Shown one piece after another: positions 28,262 to 38,823 of a DNA stretch of 64,000 nt. The notes under the pieces were generated by a model, which saw only the letters and a program-made list of their open reading frames with translations, did not search any database and was not told the DNA's origin. Numbering within the stretch: position 1 is the first letter of the stretch; the number at the start of each line of letters is the position of its first letter. The stretch comes from Chloroflexota bacterium (lineage in GTDB: Bacteria; Chloroflexota; UBA11872; VXOZ01). The translations under genes were made by a program, and so were the position numbers. The DNA lies in NCBI GenBank assembly GCA_964291655.2, contig OZ219802.1, positions 960,001-1,024,000 on the forward strand, written 5' to 3'.

Positions 28262-30265
28262 TTACACACCGCGAATACGGCGCTCGATCGTCGTCTGAAT
28301 CATACGCGGCAGCCGCGCCACGTCAGGCACTACCACCGTCTGCAAACAGCGTAGAAAACGGTCGTCCGCCTGAATCACATAGGACTCGTTCAGCGCATTG
28401 CCGGGAACCCCGATGCCGAATACGATTATACCCAACGCGTCCCCCGAACCAACCATACCGTTGCGCCGCTCTACCTGGAACAAGACGTCCCGCAACTTGC
28501 GCCGATTGGATGAGATTCCATCGGTCAAGACCAGTATGGTCTTGAATCCTTTCTGCTGCTGCATGTCCTGCACTGCTTGGCGCAGTGCTCCGGCGTCATC
28601 CGTCTTCTTGTGGGGCTGCTCATACATTGTGCGAAAGACGTTGCTCAGGTCCTTTGGCGTATAGGTGCGCTCGTTGGCGACTACTTGCGTCGCGTAAACG
28701 CATTCGTCAAAGGTGCGCAAACGCCAGACCTCCTCGGAAAACGCCATCATCTGGAATGGAATTCGTAACCGCTCATGGATTTCGGCAAATATAACAGCGG
28801 CATCTACGGTGTGGTCAAACTTGCGGGTAGAGTAGCCCTTGGCAACCATGCTGCCGCTAACGTCAATGAGGATAGTGGCGGCAAAGTCCTTTTGGTGGTC
28901 GGCGCGAGGGGCGCGCACGCCCTTGAGAAAGGCCTGCTCCGGGGCAACGACCAGGCGTTCGATGTGGTCGGAATCGATATCACCGCTATCCCCGCCGCGA
29001 CGGCGGCGGGGGCGCCGCCCCGGTTCCAGGGAGCCAAAACGGCGGCGCATCATGATTTCCCGGAGTCCCTTCCGCCCGGCCTCGCCGTTGAGTGAGCGCA
29101 AGATTGCCGCCTCTAGACGCCTTACCGCCGCACGGTAGTCAAAGTTCTCGTAGTCCGTCTTTGGCGCGGCCGGCCGCTCGCCCAGGCCTTGCACAAGCGT
29201 ACGTGGCAACGGATTGAGTCCGCCAGGGCGCGCTTTGAACATGCTGGGGTCGATCAATCGCGGAGGTCCCTGCGGTTGCTGCCGCTGCCGCGCAGATGTG
29301 TCGCCGTCTTGGCGGAGTTCAGCCTGCTCGTTTGGGCTGCTCTCTATTTTCGCGGGGCCGCCGTCCTCACCGGACACCGCAACCGGTTCTGAGTCAGACG
29401 GGGTACGTGATCGATCCTGAAGTTCGCTCTCATCGGGCTGTCTTTCCGTAGACTCCCCATCGTCGCTACTCGCCTCGATGTTCAATTCTCCAAGACCCTC
29501 GGCGCCATCTTCCTCGACGCCGGCCTCTTCCTCCGGGAAAGGTCGTTCCTGTTCCGGCCGATCCTGCGAGAGTCGCGCGTCCTCTTCCACCAAGTCATGC
29601 AGAATTGGGAGCATCCGCCGCGCCAGGACGTCCAGCATCTGCGGGAGAGAGTCCCTGCGCAGCGCATCCCGTACACCGGGCCACAGCACGTCGACGTACC
29701 GGTTCGCCGTACTTCCTATGCCCATGGGGCGCACGCCCTCCGGCCACTCCTCCTGGAGCCAGCGCTCCAGCAGGCCTTGCTGCACCTGTTCCCTGAGGGG
29801 TGTACTGCGTCGCCTGGCGGAAGACCAGTGTGGATTGTCGGCATAGAGCGCCCGCAAGAAGCGTGCCGAGCCGGGATGCCGTTCCAGATGCATGCGATTG
29901 ACCCGCAACTCGTTCACAAAGCGCGCGAACGGCATCACGGCAGTAAATGCCAGCGGCGCGATGCGCGCGAAGCTCTGCAGCGCCCGCTCGCCCATCACGC
30001 CGGTGTGTTGCGCTTCACCCATCTGTTGGCAAATTGCGCCGACAATGCTCGTCCCGGCCCACGTATTCAGCACACGAGTCGGAAACGTCAGGGTATGCCC
30101 CCGCGCAATGTACGCCCAATCGCTGCCGGCAACGACATTCAGGCGCGAATCACGGAGAATGAGACGCGCCAGCGCCACGACCTCACCCTGCGTATAGCGC
30201 GTTTCGCGTATACGCGCCTCAGCCAGTGCCGCAGAGGTTGCTGTGCCTGTGGACGCCGTACTCAT
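28262..30265 (-). CDS. VWA-domain protein with acidic linker (CobT/NorD-like AAA partner)
   Basis: MIDAS ILIDVSGSM, KTDD, VLTDG. Long E/D-rich linker. ATGA overlap with the AAA gene. Confidence 0.8.
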   Translation of the reverse strand: MSTASTGTATSAALAEARIRETRYTQGEVVALARLILRDSRLNVVAGSDWAYIARGHTLTFPTRVLNTWAGTSIVGAICQQMGEAQHTGVMGERALQSFARIAPLAFTAVMPFARFVNELRVNRMHLERHPGSARFLRALYADNPHWSSARRRSTPLREQVQQGLLERWLQEEWPEGVRPMGIGSTANRYVDVLWPGVRDALRRDSLPQMLDVLARRMLPILHDLVEEDARLSQDRPEQERPFPEEEAGVEEDGAEGLGELNIEASSDDGESTERQPDESELQDRSRTPSDSEPVAVSGEDGGPAKIESSPNEQAELRQDGDTSARQRQQPQGPPRLIDPSMFKARPGGLNPLPRTLVQGLGERPAAPKTDYENFDYRAAVRRLEAAILRSLNGEAGRKGLREIMMRRRFGSLEPGRRPRRRRGGDSGDIDSDHIERLVVAPEQAFLKGVRAPRADHQKDFAATILIDVSGSMVAKGYSTRKFDHTVDAAVIFAEIHERLRIPFQMMAFSEEVWRLRTFDECVYATQVVANERTYTPKDLSNVFRTMYEQPHKKTDDAGALRQAVQDMQQQKGFKTILVLTDGISSNRRKLRDVLFQVERRNGMVGSGDALGIIVFGIGVPGNALNESYVIQADDRFLRCLQTVVVPDVARLPRMIQTTIERRIRGV

Positions 30266-32790
30266 TCAATCGTCACACTAAACTGCAGGAGAAGGGCTTC
30301 AAGAACACGCCGGGCCGCGGGGGTAGCTGCTGAGAGCACGCCCTCCTGAAATCGCTCCACCAGGACACTGGCATCGTCTGCGTTCCGCACCACTGCCACG
30401 AGTTCCGCCGTGCTCCAATTGCCCGCCGCGGCGACGGCGGCAATCAACTCTGGCGAAACGGCATCCTGCCAGATTGCTTCCTGTTCCAGGTCCGCGGGCA
30501 CCGCGCCTGCCGCCCAGCGCCGGCATTGACCGACAAAGTCAACGACTGCACGGAGAGTTGGATCCGGCAAACCGCGTCCAACACTGCGGAGAACGGCAAG
30601 CTCTTCGCCGGGAGAGGGATACGACAGTTCCAATATTGCCCCAAAGCGGTTCTCCACCCCTTCATTGAGCGGCTTCACCCCCGGTCCTTCAGGTTGTCCG
30701 GTCGCTACCAGCCGAAAGCCCGGGTGCGCCGTCACTGTGCGGCCGTCCGGCAACGTGAGGCGCCGGCCCTTGTCGAAGAGACTATTCAGCAGGGAATGTA
30801 CGTCCGAATACGCGAGATTGTAGTCATTCACCAACACGAGATAGCCCTTGATCACCGCTTCGAGAAAGGCTTGCACCGTCCATTGCGTCTCTCCCGTGCG
30901 CAAGCGGCGACTGACGAGAAGATCGTGCTTCGAAGTCTCCCCCGTAAACGTGAGCTCTACAAGCGGCAACTGGCGCTGCCGTGCCAACGTGCGGACCAAT
31001 GCCGACTTTCCGCTGCCCGGCGGACCCTTGATGTAAACCGGACGGTCCAGCACGAGCGCTGCCTCGAGCAGGCGCAGCGCGGACCAGCTTGACCGTGTGA
31101 CACACGGGAGCACCACGTCACCGGCAGGAATGTTGCCGATTGGTCTGGGCACCGTGATGCCGTACTGAGCTCTCAATGCCGTCTCGAGCTCCTCCAAACG
31201 CGCCACATCCGTAATCTCTAACCCACTCGCGTCCCACGCCCGCAAGCGTAATCCCAGTGCCATCGGACTCCCCGCCCAGGTGTAGAGCGGTTCCTGCAGT
31301 TGCAGTTGGGTACCGTCCGGCAGCGTGCACTGATAGCGGACGAGCGCCGGTTGCCTTCCTGATGAGTCGGTCTCCAGCGGCTGGTAGACCTCGTTCTCCA
31401 GCCCACCGGTCCGGCTCACGGTCTCCTCTCCCAGAGCCAAAGGCAGGTGCGCCTGTGCAACACTCCCCAGCGCCACCACACTTTGCTCCGGCACCGTGAT
31501 CTCAGGCAGCAGCACGCCGCTCACCCGGCGATGCGTCCTCGCCGGCCACGTGACCGCGCGTAGCACCTTCGCCACAATCTCACCGGCCTCGACTCGCGCC
31601 TCCGGCGGCGCCAGAGTCAGGATGGCGTCCATGGCAACAGCAGCCAGAGAAAACCCCGTGAGGCTACACACGCTGAGCCAGTGTACCAACGATCGGGTAG
31701 ACACCCGATCGCGCATAATGCCGCCGATTTCCGGATGGCTGCGCAACTCTGCCGCCACTGCTGCCACAGCCGTACATGCCTCCATGGGCGGCATAGCCTC
31801 GACCCGCTCAAGCACCGGTACGCGCCGCAACTCGTGAAAGACCGCCTCTGCTTCTTCTTCCGGGGGCAGGAAGTCCATTGCCACGTTGCCTGTGCCGTGG
31901 CCGAAGCGCCGCTCCCAGGTGACGCCAATCTCCAGCGTGCCGGTATAGTTTGGATTTGCGGTGGCAATGACGCCGAATTGCGGGTGTACCGGCACGGTTA
32001 CATTGCCCCACTCGCTGCCCGAAAGCACCACCTGGCGCGCGTCCAGTGCCTGTGTAAATACGCTCAACAGGTCTTGGGGGATAATGTTCACTTCATTGAG
32101 CAGCAGCTTCTTGCCGGTGAGCATGGCATCAACCGCCGGACCCAGCACCGTCGCCGTGCTATGCGCCAGGCTGCCGTCCGGCGTCACAACTTCCACGGAC
32201 TGATAGAAGTCGCTGAGGGCGGTATCGCCACTGAACGTGATCTCCACGCACGGTTCGCCTGCCAAGAAGCAAAAGGTCTTGGCCAGGGTCGTCTTGCCGC
32301 AACCGGTGGGTCCGGTAAGCAGGATTGATGAGTTTGCGGCGTTGCCGCGCATCACGTGCGCCATCTGACGCAGTGTTGCCGTCATGCGCGGCGTACAGTG
32401 ACGAAATACCTCGTGCTCCCGGGGAATTGCGCCGCCAAAGGTGCGCGCGCCGTCCCAGCCGTCAAACTGGCTGGGAATCTCGCAGTGTGTCGTGGCTTCA
32501 TTACGTTCCAATGCCAGAGATTGCGGCGGCTGCCTGCGCGGATACCACTCTTTGCCAAGGACAAACGCGCCCTCGTAAAGCAAGACGCCACCGCCAAAAT
32601 CGCGAAGCAATGCGCCACGTTCACCGTCTCTGCCGGCATCGCGTTGCACCGGGCGAACCGCAGGATGCAACTCCTCCTCGTCACGGTTGCCCAAGAGCCC
32701 GCTCAGAATGTTCCGCATGCGATTGCTTCTCTCTTTCGTGAGTTCGCGTCGATGTGACGCAAACTCGTCGCCCAGCCTGACTCTCGCCAT
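30262..32790 (-). CDS. AAA+ ATPase with two MoxR/CbbQ-like modules
   Basis: Walker A GPTGCGKT and GPPGSGKS, HPQFGVIATANP and HPGFRLVATGQP, ERRF and ENRF arginine fingers. Start uncertain. Confidence 0.82.
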   Translation of the reverse strand: MARVRLGDEFASHRRELTKERSNRMRNILSGLLGNRDEEELHPAVRPVQRDAGRDGERGALLRDFGGGVLLYEGAFVLGKEWYPRRQPPQSLALERNEATTHCEIPSQFDGWDGARTFGGAIPREHEVFRHCTPRMTATLRQMAHVMRGNAANSSILLTGPTGCGKTTLAKTFCFLAGEPCVEITFSGDTALSDFYQSVEVVTPDGSLAHSTATVLGPAVDAMLTGKKLLLNEVNIIPQDLLSVFTQALDARQVVLSGSEWGNVTVPVHPQFGVIATANPNYTGTLEIGVTWERRFGHGTGNVAMDFLPPEEEAEAVFHELRRVPVLERVEAMPPMEACTAVAAVAAELRSHPEIGGIMRDRVSTRSLVHWLSVCSLTGFSLAAVAMDAILTLAPPEARVEAGEIVAKVLRAVTWPARTHRRVSGVLLPEITVPEQSVVALGSVAQAHLPLALGEETVSRTGGLENEVYQPLETDSSGRQPALVRYQCTLPDGTQLQLQEPLYTWAGSPMALGLRLRAWDASGLEITDVARLEELETALRAQYGITVPRPIGNIPAGDVVLPCVTRSSWSALRLLEAALVLDRPVYIKGPPGSGKSALVRTLARQRQLPLVELTFTGETSKHDLLVSRRLRTGETQWTVQAFLEAVIKGYLVLVNDYNLAYSDVHSLLNSLFDKGRRLTLPDGRTVTAHPGFRLVATGQPEGPGVKPLNEGVENRFGAILELSYPSPGEELAVLRSVGRGLPDPTLRAVVDFVGQCRRWAAGAVPADLEQEAIWQDAVSPELIAAVAAAGNWSTAELVAVVRNADDASVLVERFQEGVLSAATPAARRVLEALLLQFSVTIE

Positions 32791-33071
32791 GGCCGCCGCC
32801 TGCGACCGCTCTCATTCCCGCGGCACAGCCATGCCAAGAGCAAAGTCTTCCTACACATTATAGCGTTACCGTAGCGGTGCCCGTGGCAGCGACCCGCGGG
32901 ACTGGCGGCATTGGCTCTTCGCAACGCAATCTCGCGGCGCAGGTTTCTTGAATGTAGTAACCACTGCCGGATAAGGCGCCGAGTCCCATCGGAGACAGTT
33001 GCTTTGGTATAATGATGGCAATTCATCTCCTCGACTTCTCCCTCCGCTCACACTCACGAAGGGTTTTACCA

Positions 33072-33908
33072 ATGCAACTTGGCGCTCACGTGCGCACCGC
33101 AGGCGGCATCGCCACCTCAATTGCACGCGCAAGAGATCTGGGGTGCGAAAGCCTGCAGATCTTCAGCTCGAATCCCCGCGGCTGGCAACGCGCTCTACCC
33201 AAGGACGAGCACATAACCGCCTTCAACGCGGCTCAAGAGGAATCGCCGCTGCCCGCTCTCTTTCATACGCAATACCTCATTAATTCCGGTTCGCCGAAGC
33301 CGCAAGTCTACGATATGTCCGTAATGACACTGAAGTTCCAGCTCCAAACGGGCGACCTGCTCAATGCCGCAGGGGTAGTCACCCATGTGGGCAGCCATAT
33401 GGGCGACGGTCTGGATCAAGCGTTGCCTCGGATCGAGGCTGCGATTGGCGCGGCACTGGCAGCCTCCGATACCGTACCGCTCTTGCTGGAAAACAGCGCC
33501 GGGTCCGGGGGGAACATCGGCTCAAGCTTTAAGGAACTGGGTGCGATTCTTCGTGCTTGCGATAATCACGAGCGCATCAAGCTCTGTGTAGATACGGCCC
33601 ATGCGTTTGCGTCCGGCTACCACGTGGAAACTGCCGAGGGCTTCGACGCCATGCTCGCGGAGATCGATGAGGAATTCGGATTGGACCGGCTTGCCGCTTT
33701 TCACCTCAACGACTCCAAAGTGCCGTTCGACTCCCATAGGGACCGCCACGAGAACATTGGTGAAGGCCACATCGGACTGGAGGCATTCCGGTACATAGTC
33801 AATCATAAGGCGCTTGCCGGCATTCCGGCTGTGCTGGAAGTGCCGGGATTCGACGACAAGGGCCCTGATCAGGCCAATATGGACATTGTGCGGGGGCTGC
33901 AAGCATGA
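33072..33908 (+). CDS. nfo: Endonuclease IV
   Basis: LGAHV, QIFSSNPRGW, HTQYLIN, LLENSAG, DTAHAFASG, HLNDSK, DRHENIGEG. Confidence 0.95.
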   Translation: MQLGAHVRTAGGIATSIARARDLGCESLQIFSSNPRGWQRALPKDEHITAFNAAQEESPLPALFHTQYLINSGSPKPQVYDMSVMTLKFQLQTGDLLNAAGVVTHVGSHMGDGLDQALPRIEAAIGAALAASDTVPLLLENSAGSGGNIGSSFKELGAILRACDNHERIKLCVDTAHAFASGYHVETAEGFDAMLAEIDEEFGLDRLAAFHLNDSKVPFDSHRDRHENIGEGHIGLEAFRYIVNHKALAGIPAVLEVPGFDDKGPDQANMDIVRGLQA

Positions 33909-34723
33909 GCCCGAAACGCGACTACCGGCTCATAGCCATCGATCTGGACGGCACCCTCATCGACGATCGACTCACAATATCGCCGCGGGTAAAGCAGGCA
34001 CTTGCCGCCGCCCAGGCCCAGGGAATCACGGTCACGCTCGCCAGCGGACGTATGTTCAGGGCAATGGTTCCCTTTGCCCAGGAGCTCAATATCCAAGCGC
34101 CGCTCGTCTGCTACCAAGGGGGGTTGGTGCGGCATCCCGTTACGGAGGAGACGATCTTCCATCTGCCGGTCCCGGCAGCGCTGGCTCAGGAGGTTGTCAC
34201 TCTGGCGCGCACGAGCGGCATTCAAGTAAACGCCTTCATCGATGATCGTCTCCACGTGGAAAGCCTCTCGCCGGAAGCTGAGGTCTACATGCGGATTGCG
34301 CAGGTAGAGGCCACCGAGGTGCCGGATCTCCTGGACTTCCTGAATGACAATCCTTCAACAAAGCTTGTGCTCGTGAATCTCGACGAAGACAAGACGAATA
34401 GCTTGGTCGAAGCAATGACTGCGCACTTTGGCAGCCGGTTGGGCATAACAAAGTCCCACCGCTACTATACCGAGGCAATTCATGCGGACGTTTCCAAAGG
34501 CCGCGCCCTCAAGCAACTTGCCGGCGTCATGGGTCTCTCGCTGGACCAAGTAGTAGGGATCGGCGACAATCTCAACGACCTGAGTCTGGTGGAGACTGCC
34601 GGGTTCGGCGTGGCGATGGGAAATGGCGATCCCCGCGTCAAGGCCGCAGCGGACTTTGTCACCACCACCTACGAAGAGGACGGCGTCGCCGTAGCTATCG
34701 AGAAGCACGTGCTCCACGCCTGA
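33905..34723 (+). CDS. Cof-type HAD-IIB hydrolase
   Basis: IAIDLDGTL, LASGR, VSKG, IGDNLNDL, AMGNG, EDGVA. Confidence 0.92.
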   Translation: MSPKRDYRLIAIDLDGTLIDDRLTISPRVKQALAAAQAQGITVTLASGRMFRAMVPFAQELNIQAPLVCYQGGLVRHPVTEETIFHLPVPAALAQEVVTLARTSGIQVNAFIDDRLHVESLSPEAEVYMRIAQVEATEVPDLLDFLNDNPSTKLVLVNLDEDKTNSLVEAMTAHFGSRLGITKSHRYYTEAIHADVSKGRALKQLAGVMGLSLDQVVGIGDNLNDLSLVETAGFGVAMGNGDPRVKAAADFVTTTYEEDGVAVAIEKHVLHA

Positions 34724-34890
34724 AAAGCCAGGGCGGCCTTGGTAGCATCAGCTTGATTGGATATTCCCGCGTTGGTCTTGCACACTCTCAAATTACTCAC
34801 GGTCGCAGTGAACTGCGACCGCATCGGAATTGGCGCCAAATCCCTCTCGTAGGTGGCGTCTATGTCGCCTGGGCCCGCTAGCGAGAAGAC

Positions 34891-34924
34891 TCCCTTTCCC
34901 TGGGGAGAGGCTCGGGGTGAGGGG
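34891..34924 (-). repeat. CCCCTCACCC..CCTCTCCC-n-GGGA(G)AGGG hairpin repeat
   Basis: Same family as copies near 37527, 47460, 53711, 53837, 55598, 55842, 55962. Confidence 0.75.
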
Positions 34925-34989
34925 CAAGCGCAGCAATCCGGCCCGTTTTCAACTGAACGACGACGATATCCACAGGAATTCTTCGAGAC

Positions 34990-35619
34990 ATGCAAGAGAG
35001 AATAGTCTGCGCTTCCGATCCCGCCGCAATCCAGCGCGCCGCGACGACAATCCGCAGTGGCGGCATCGTCGCCTATCCCACCGATACGGTGTATGGTCTT
35101 GGGGCCAACGTCTTTCTGCCGCAAGCGCTTGACAAGGTCATGGAGGCAAAACGGCGGCCCGACGAAAAGTCCCTGCCGGTCCTGATCGGGGACCAAGCAC
35201 ACCTTGGAGAACTCGTGACAAGCATTCCACAAGACGCGAGGCGGCTCATGGAGGTTTTCTGGCCGGGAGCGCTCACCATCGTTTTGACGAAGCAACCGCA
35301 TCTCTCGCCGCTCTTAGGGGAAGCGACGCTTGCCGTGCGCCAGCCGAATCATGCTGCGGTGCTTGCATTGCTCGCAGCGGCGGGATGTCCGCTCACAGGC
35401 ACCAGCGCCAACCGGAGCGGCTGGCCGCCTGCAACCACCGCTGAAGATGCGCAAGAGCAACTGGGTGAGGGGGTAGACCTGATTCTCGACGGCGGACCTG
35501 CCACCGGCAACACGCCATCTACCGTGCTTGACTGCACGGTGCAGCCCGCTCGCATACTCCGGGAGGGCGCGGTCACGCGGAGCGCGCTCGCCGCTGTTCT
35601 AGGAGACCTTGCGCCTTAG
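34990..35619 (+). CDS. tsaC: L-threonylcarbamoyladenylate synthase (YrdC/Sua5 short form)
   Basis: VAYPTDTVYGL, KRRP, FWPGALT, TSANRSG, PSTVLD, LREGAV. Confidence 0.93.
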   Translation: MQERIVCASDPAAIQRAATTIRSGGIVAYPTDTVYGLGANVFLPQALDKVMEAKRRPDEKSLPVLIGDQAHLGELVTSIPQDARRLMEVFWPGALTIVLTKQPHLSPLLGEATLAVRQPNHAAVLALLAAAGCPLTGTSANRSGWPPATTAEDAQEQLGEGVDLILDGGPATGNTPSTVLDCTVQPARILREGAVTRSALAAVLGDLAP

Positions 35620-36094
35620 CCCAAATCCCGGCTTCGTTCGCAAAGCTCAAGGTTCCCGCCACCTGACCGAGCGGCACCCAAGTTACGGCGCTTACTTCCG
35701 GACTCTCGTCGCTCGTCTTCCCGCCGACGTATTCCATCAGATAGAAGAGCGCAGTCTTGGCAATCTGACGGCCCCGCACTCGAAAACCATAGCGAATCGT
35801 GCCGACGCGCTCCAATATTCGCGCGTCCACGCCGGTCTCCTCCTTCACTTCTCGCAGCGCCGCGTCGCTTGACGTCTCACCGTGCTCCAAGTGGCCTTTT
35901 GGGAATATCCAGCCATCGTGCGCGCTGCTCTGGGTTACCAGCACCACCACCTGCCCGTCATCCTCTCGGAACACGATGCCGCCTGCAGAGTGTTCTTTCT
36001 GCATGCGCTTCGTCCGCTTCCGACTGCGGTGCGGTTGTTTCGGCCCGTCGGCACCTTGCTTTATGCGGTTTCGATTCATGGCTTTTGCAGTCAC
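35573..36094 (-). CDS. NUDIX hydrolase
   Basis: SAGGIV, WIFPKGHLEHGETSSDAALREVKEETG (Nudix box). Start uncertain. 47-bp tail-to-tail overlap with tsaC. Confidence 0.88.
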   Translation of the reverse strand: MTAKAMNRNRIKQGADGPKQPHRSRKRTKRMQKEHSAGGIVFREDDGQVVVLVTQSSAHDGWIFPKGHLEHGETSSDAALREVKEETGVDARILERVGTIRYGFRVRGRQIAKTALFYLMEYVGGKTSDESPEVSAVTWVPLGQVAGTLSFANEAGIWAKAQGLLEQRRARSA

Positions 36095-36212
36095 CTGCTC
36101 CAGGTAACTATACTTGATGTATGTGCTCAGGCAGCTGAGCGATTCATTTTCCGTATACTTGTGAAATTTGGAAATAGCATACCACGTTCCCTTGGCAGGT
36201 GGAGGAATAACG

Positions 36213-37484
36213 ATGAGTGTAACGATCGATCTCCTAGCTGAGAAGCTCGTTCAGGCGCGTCTCGCATCACGCGCTATCGCGCAGCTTTCGACCAATACCA
36301 AGAATACGGTGCTCCAGGCAGTGGCTGACGCCATTGAAAGTGAGACGGAGCACCTTGTTAGCGAAAACAGCAGTGACGTTACCGCCGCAACCGCATCGGG
36401 AGTAGACGCCTACTCGATAGACCGTCTTACGCTTACACCGAAAGTCCTGGCAGGTATTGCCAGCGACGTGCGCAACGTAGCCGCTCTGGAAGACCCGGTG
36501 GGTGCGGTCACCGATATGCGCACGGTCGAGAGCGGGATTACCGTTGGGCGGATACGCGTGCCGTTCGGCGTCGTCGGCGCCATCTACGAATCGCGGCCGA
36601 ACGTAACGGTAGACATCGCCTGTCTCTGCTTTAAGTCCGGTAATGCCGTCGTGCTGCGCGGCGGATCCGAGGCCATTTCCTCTAACGTCGCTTTGGCTCG
36701 CGTAATCCATGACGCCGGCGTCGCTGCCGGAGCGCCCATGCATTGGGTGCAACTCATCGAAGACACCGACCGCGCCCACGTGCACAGCTTGCTGCAAGCA
36801 AAGGGCGACATCGACTTGGTGATACCCCGCGGGGGCGCCGGTCTCATCAATTTCGTCGTCGAGAATGCAACGGTGCCGGTGATCGAAACCGGAGCAGGTG
36901 TCTGCCACACGTACGTGGACGAACACGCCGACCTGGAGAAGGCACGGCGAATTGTGGTGAACGCCAAGACCCGTCGCTACTCGATTTGCAACACTCTTGA
37001 CACGCTGCTCGTCCATGCGGCTATTGCGCCGCAGTTTCTCCCCGCCGTCTATCCCGACCTGGCTGCGGCCGGCGTGGAGATTCACGGCTGCCCACGTACG
37101 CAAGCAATCCTTGGAGAGTCGCCGCACGTGCTGCCGGCCATCGACGAAGACTGGGGCAAGGAGTTCCTGGCGCTTACGATGGCAGTCAAGGTGGTCGATG
37201 ATTTCGATGCCGCCATGGACCACCTCCACACCTACACGTCCAGCCATTCCGAAGCGATCGTCACGCAAGACTATACCGCGGGACAGCGTTTCATGCGCGT
37301 GATGGATGCCGCCGCCGTCTACTGGAACGCCTCAACACAGTTCACCGACGGGGCGCAATTCGGTCTCGGTGCCGAAGTGGGCATCAGCACGCAAAAGCTC
37401 CACGCTCGCGGCCCTATGGCGCTGGAAGAAATGACCACGTATAAGTGGCTCGTCTACGGAGACGGAGCCATTCGGCCTCTCTAG
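36213..37484 (+). CDS. proA: Gamma-glutamyl phosphate reductase
   Basis: IYESRPNVT, KSGNAVVLRGG, IPRGG, GAGVCH, NASTQFTDG, GISTQKLHARGP. Confidence 0.96.
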   Translation: MSVTIDLLAEKLVQARLASRAIAQLSTNTKNTVLQAVADAIESETEHLVSENSSDVTAATASGVDAYSIDRLTLTPKVLAGIASDVRNVAALEDPVGAVTDMRTVESGITVGRIRVPFGVVGAIYESRPNVTVDIACLCFKSGNAVVLRGGSEAISSNVALARVIHDAGVAAGAPMHWVQLIEDTDRAHVHSLLQAKGDIDLVIPRGGAGLINFVVENATVPVIETGAGVCHTYVDEHADLEKARRIVVNAKTRRYSICNTLDTLLVHAAIAPQFLPAVYPDLAAAGVEIHGCPRTQAILGESPHVLPAIDEDWGKEFLALTMAVKVVDDFDAAMDHLHTYTSSHSEAIVTQDYTAGQRFMRVMDAAAVYWNASTQFTDGAQFGLGAEVGISTQKLHARGPMALEEMTTYKWLVYGDGAIRPL

Positions 37485-37548
37485 CGAGCGGGAAGACTGT
37501 CGGGAGTTCTGGTGCCGGGATTCATCCCCTCACCCCAACCCTCTCCCC

Positions 37549-38813
37549 TGTATAGACCGGGTACATGGGTTACACATGTTCGGGCACATAGGTTACACCT
37601 TAAGGCATGGAGATTCTTACAGATGGAGGAGCGCCATGCCTTGGAAGGAGAGTACGGTTGTGTCTGAACGCAAGGAGTTCATTGCACTGGCACTGATGGA
37701 AGGGGCCAACATCAGCGAGCTGTGTCGCCGTCTGGAGATCAGTCGCAAGACGGCGTACAAGACGCTGGAGCGGTATGCGAAAGCTGGCGAAGACGGTTTG
37801 CACGACCGGTCGCGGCGGCCGCACACGTGTCCGCACCGCACGCGCCCGGCGCTGGAGGAGCGCATCATCGCCTTGCGCCTGGCGCATCCGAAGAAAGGCG
37901 CACACGTGCTGCGCCGGATGCTGCAGGACCAGGGGGTCACCGACGTGCCGGCCAAGAGCACCATCAATGCCATTCTCAAACGCCATGGGCTCATCGATCC
38001 AGCCCAGAGCGCCAAGCACACGCCCCATGTGCGCTTCGAACGACCCCAGCCCAACGAGCTGTGGCAGATGGACTTCAAGGGACATTTCGTCATGCAGCAG
38101 AACCGCTGTCATCCTCTCACCCTCCTAGACGATCACTCCCGCTTCAACCTCGGGTTACAGGCCTGTGCCAACGAGCGGGGAGAGACGGTCCAAGACCGCC
38201 TCACCGCTGTCTTTCGCCGCTACGGCTTGCCCCAGGCCATGCTCATGGACAACGGCTCTCCCTGGGGTAACGACAGTGCCCAGCCCTTCACGCCCCTCAC
38301 CGTCTGGCTCATGCAGCTGGGCATCAACGTCCTGCACAGCCGACCCTACCATCCCCAGACACTCGGCAAGCTGGAACGCTTCCACCGCTCCCTCAAGAGC
38401 GAACTGCTGGCAGGGACCACCTTTACCGACCTGGACCATTGCCAGCGCGCCTTTGACACCTGGCGCCACTTCTACAACTTGGAACGCCCACACCATGCCC
38501 TCGATCTCGACACTCCCATTACCAGATACACGCCTAGTCCTCGCCCTTTCCCAGAGACCTTGCCTGCCCTCGCCTACGCTCCCGACGACCGCGTACGCAG
38601 CGTCGATGTCTCCGGCCGCATCTCCTTCCAAGGCAGACGGCTCCGTGTGGGCAGGGCCTTCACGCACAAGCAAGTCGCCCTGCGACCCACCCGAACGGAC
38701 GGTGTCTGGGACGTGTACTTCTCGATCCAAAGAGTAAAAACCATAGACCTCAGAGCACAAAATGTGTAACCTATCTACCCGAACATCTGTTACCTATGTC
38801 CCCGGTCTGTACA
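37549..38813 (+). mobile_element. IS481-family insertion sequence
   Basis: TGT...ACA ends, about 50-bp imperfect IRs (TGTATAGACCGGGTACAT / TGTACAGACCGGGGACAT), 6-bp target duplication CTCCCC (37543-48 and 38814-19). Confidence 0.93.
37636..38769 (+). CDS. IS481 family transposase
   Basis: MPWKE, HTH ISRKTAYK, PNELWQMDFKG, DDHSRF, DNGSPW, PQTLGKLERFH. Confidence 0.95.
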   Translation: MPWKESTVVSERKEFIALALMEGANISELCRRLEISRKTAYKTLERYAKAGEDGLHDRSRRPHTCPHRTRPALEERIIALRLAHPKKGAHVLRRMLQDQGVTDVPAKSTINAILKRHGLIDPAQSAKHTPHVRFERPQPNELWQMDFKGHFVMQQNRCHPLTLLDDHSRFNLGLQACANERGETVQDRLTAVFRRYGLPQAMLMDNGSPWGNDSAQPFTPLTVWLMQLGINVLHSRPYHPQTLGKLERFHRSLKSELLAGTTFTDLDHCQRAFDTWRHFYNLERPHHALDLDTPITRYTPSPRPFPETLPALAYAPDDRVRSVDVSGRISFQGRRLRVGRAFTHKQVALRPTRTDGVWDVYFSIQRVKTIDLRAQNV

Positions 38814-38823
38814 CTCCCCAGGG

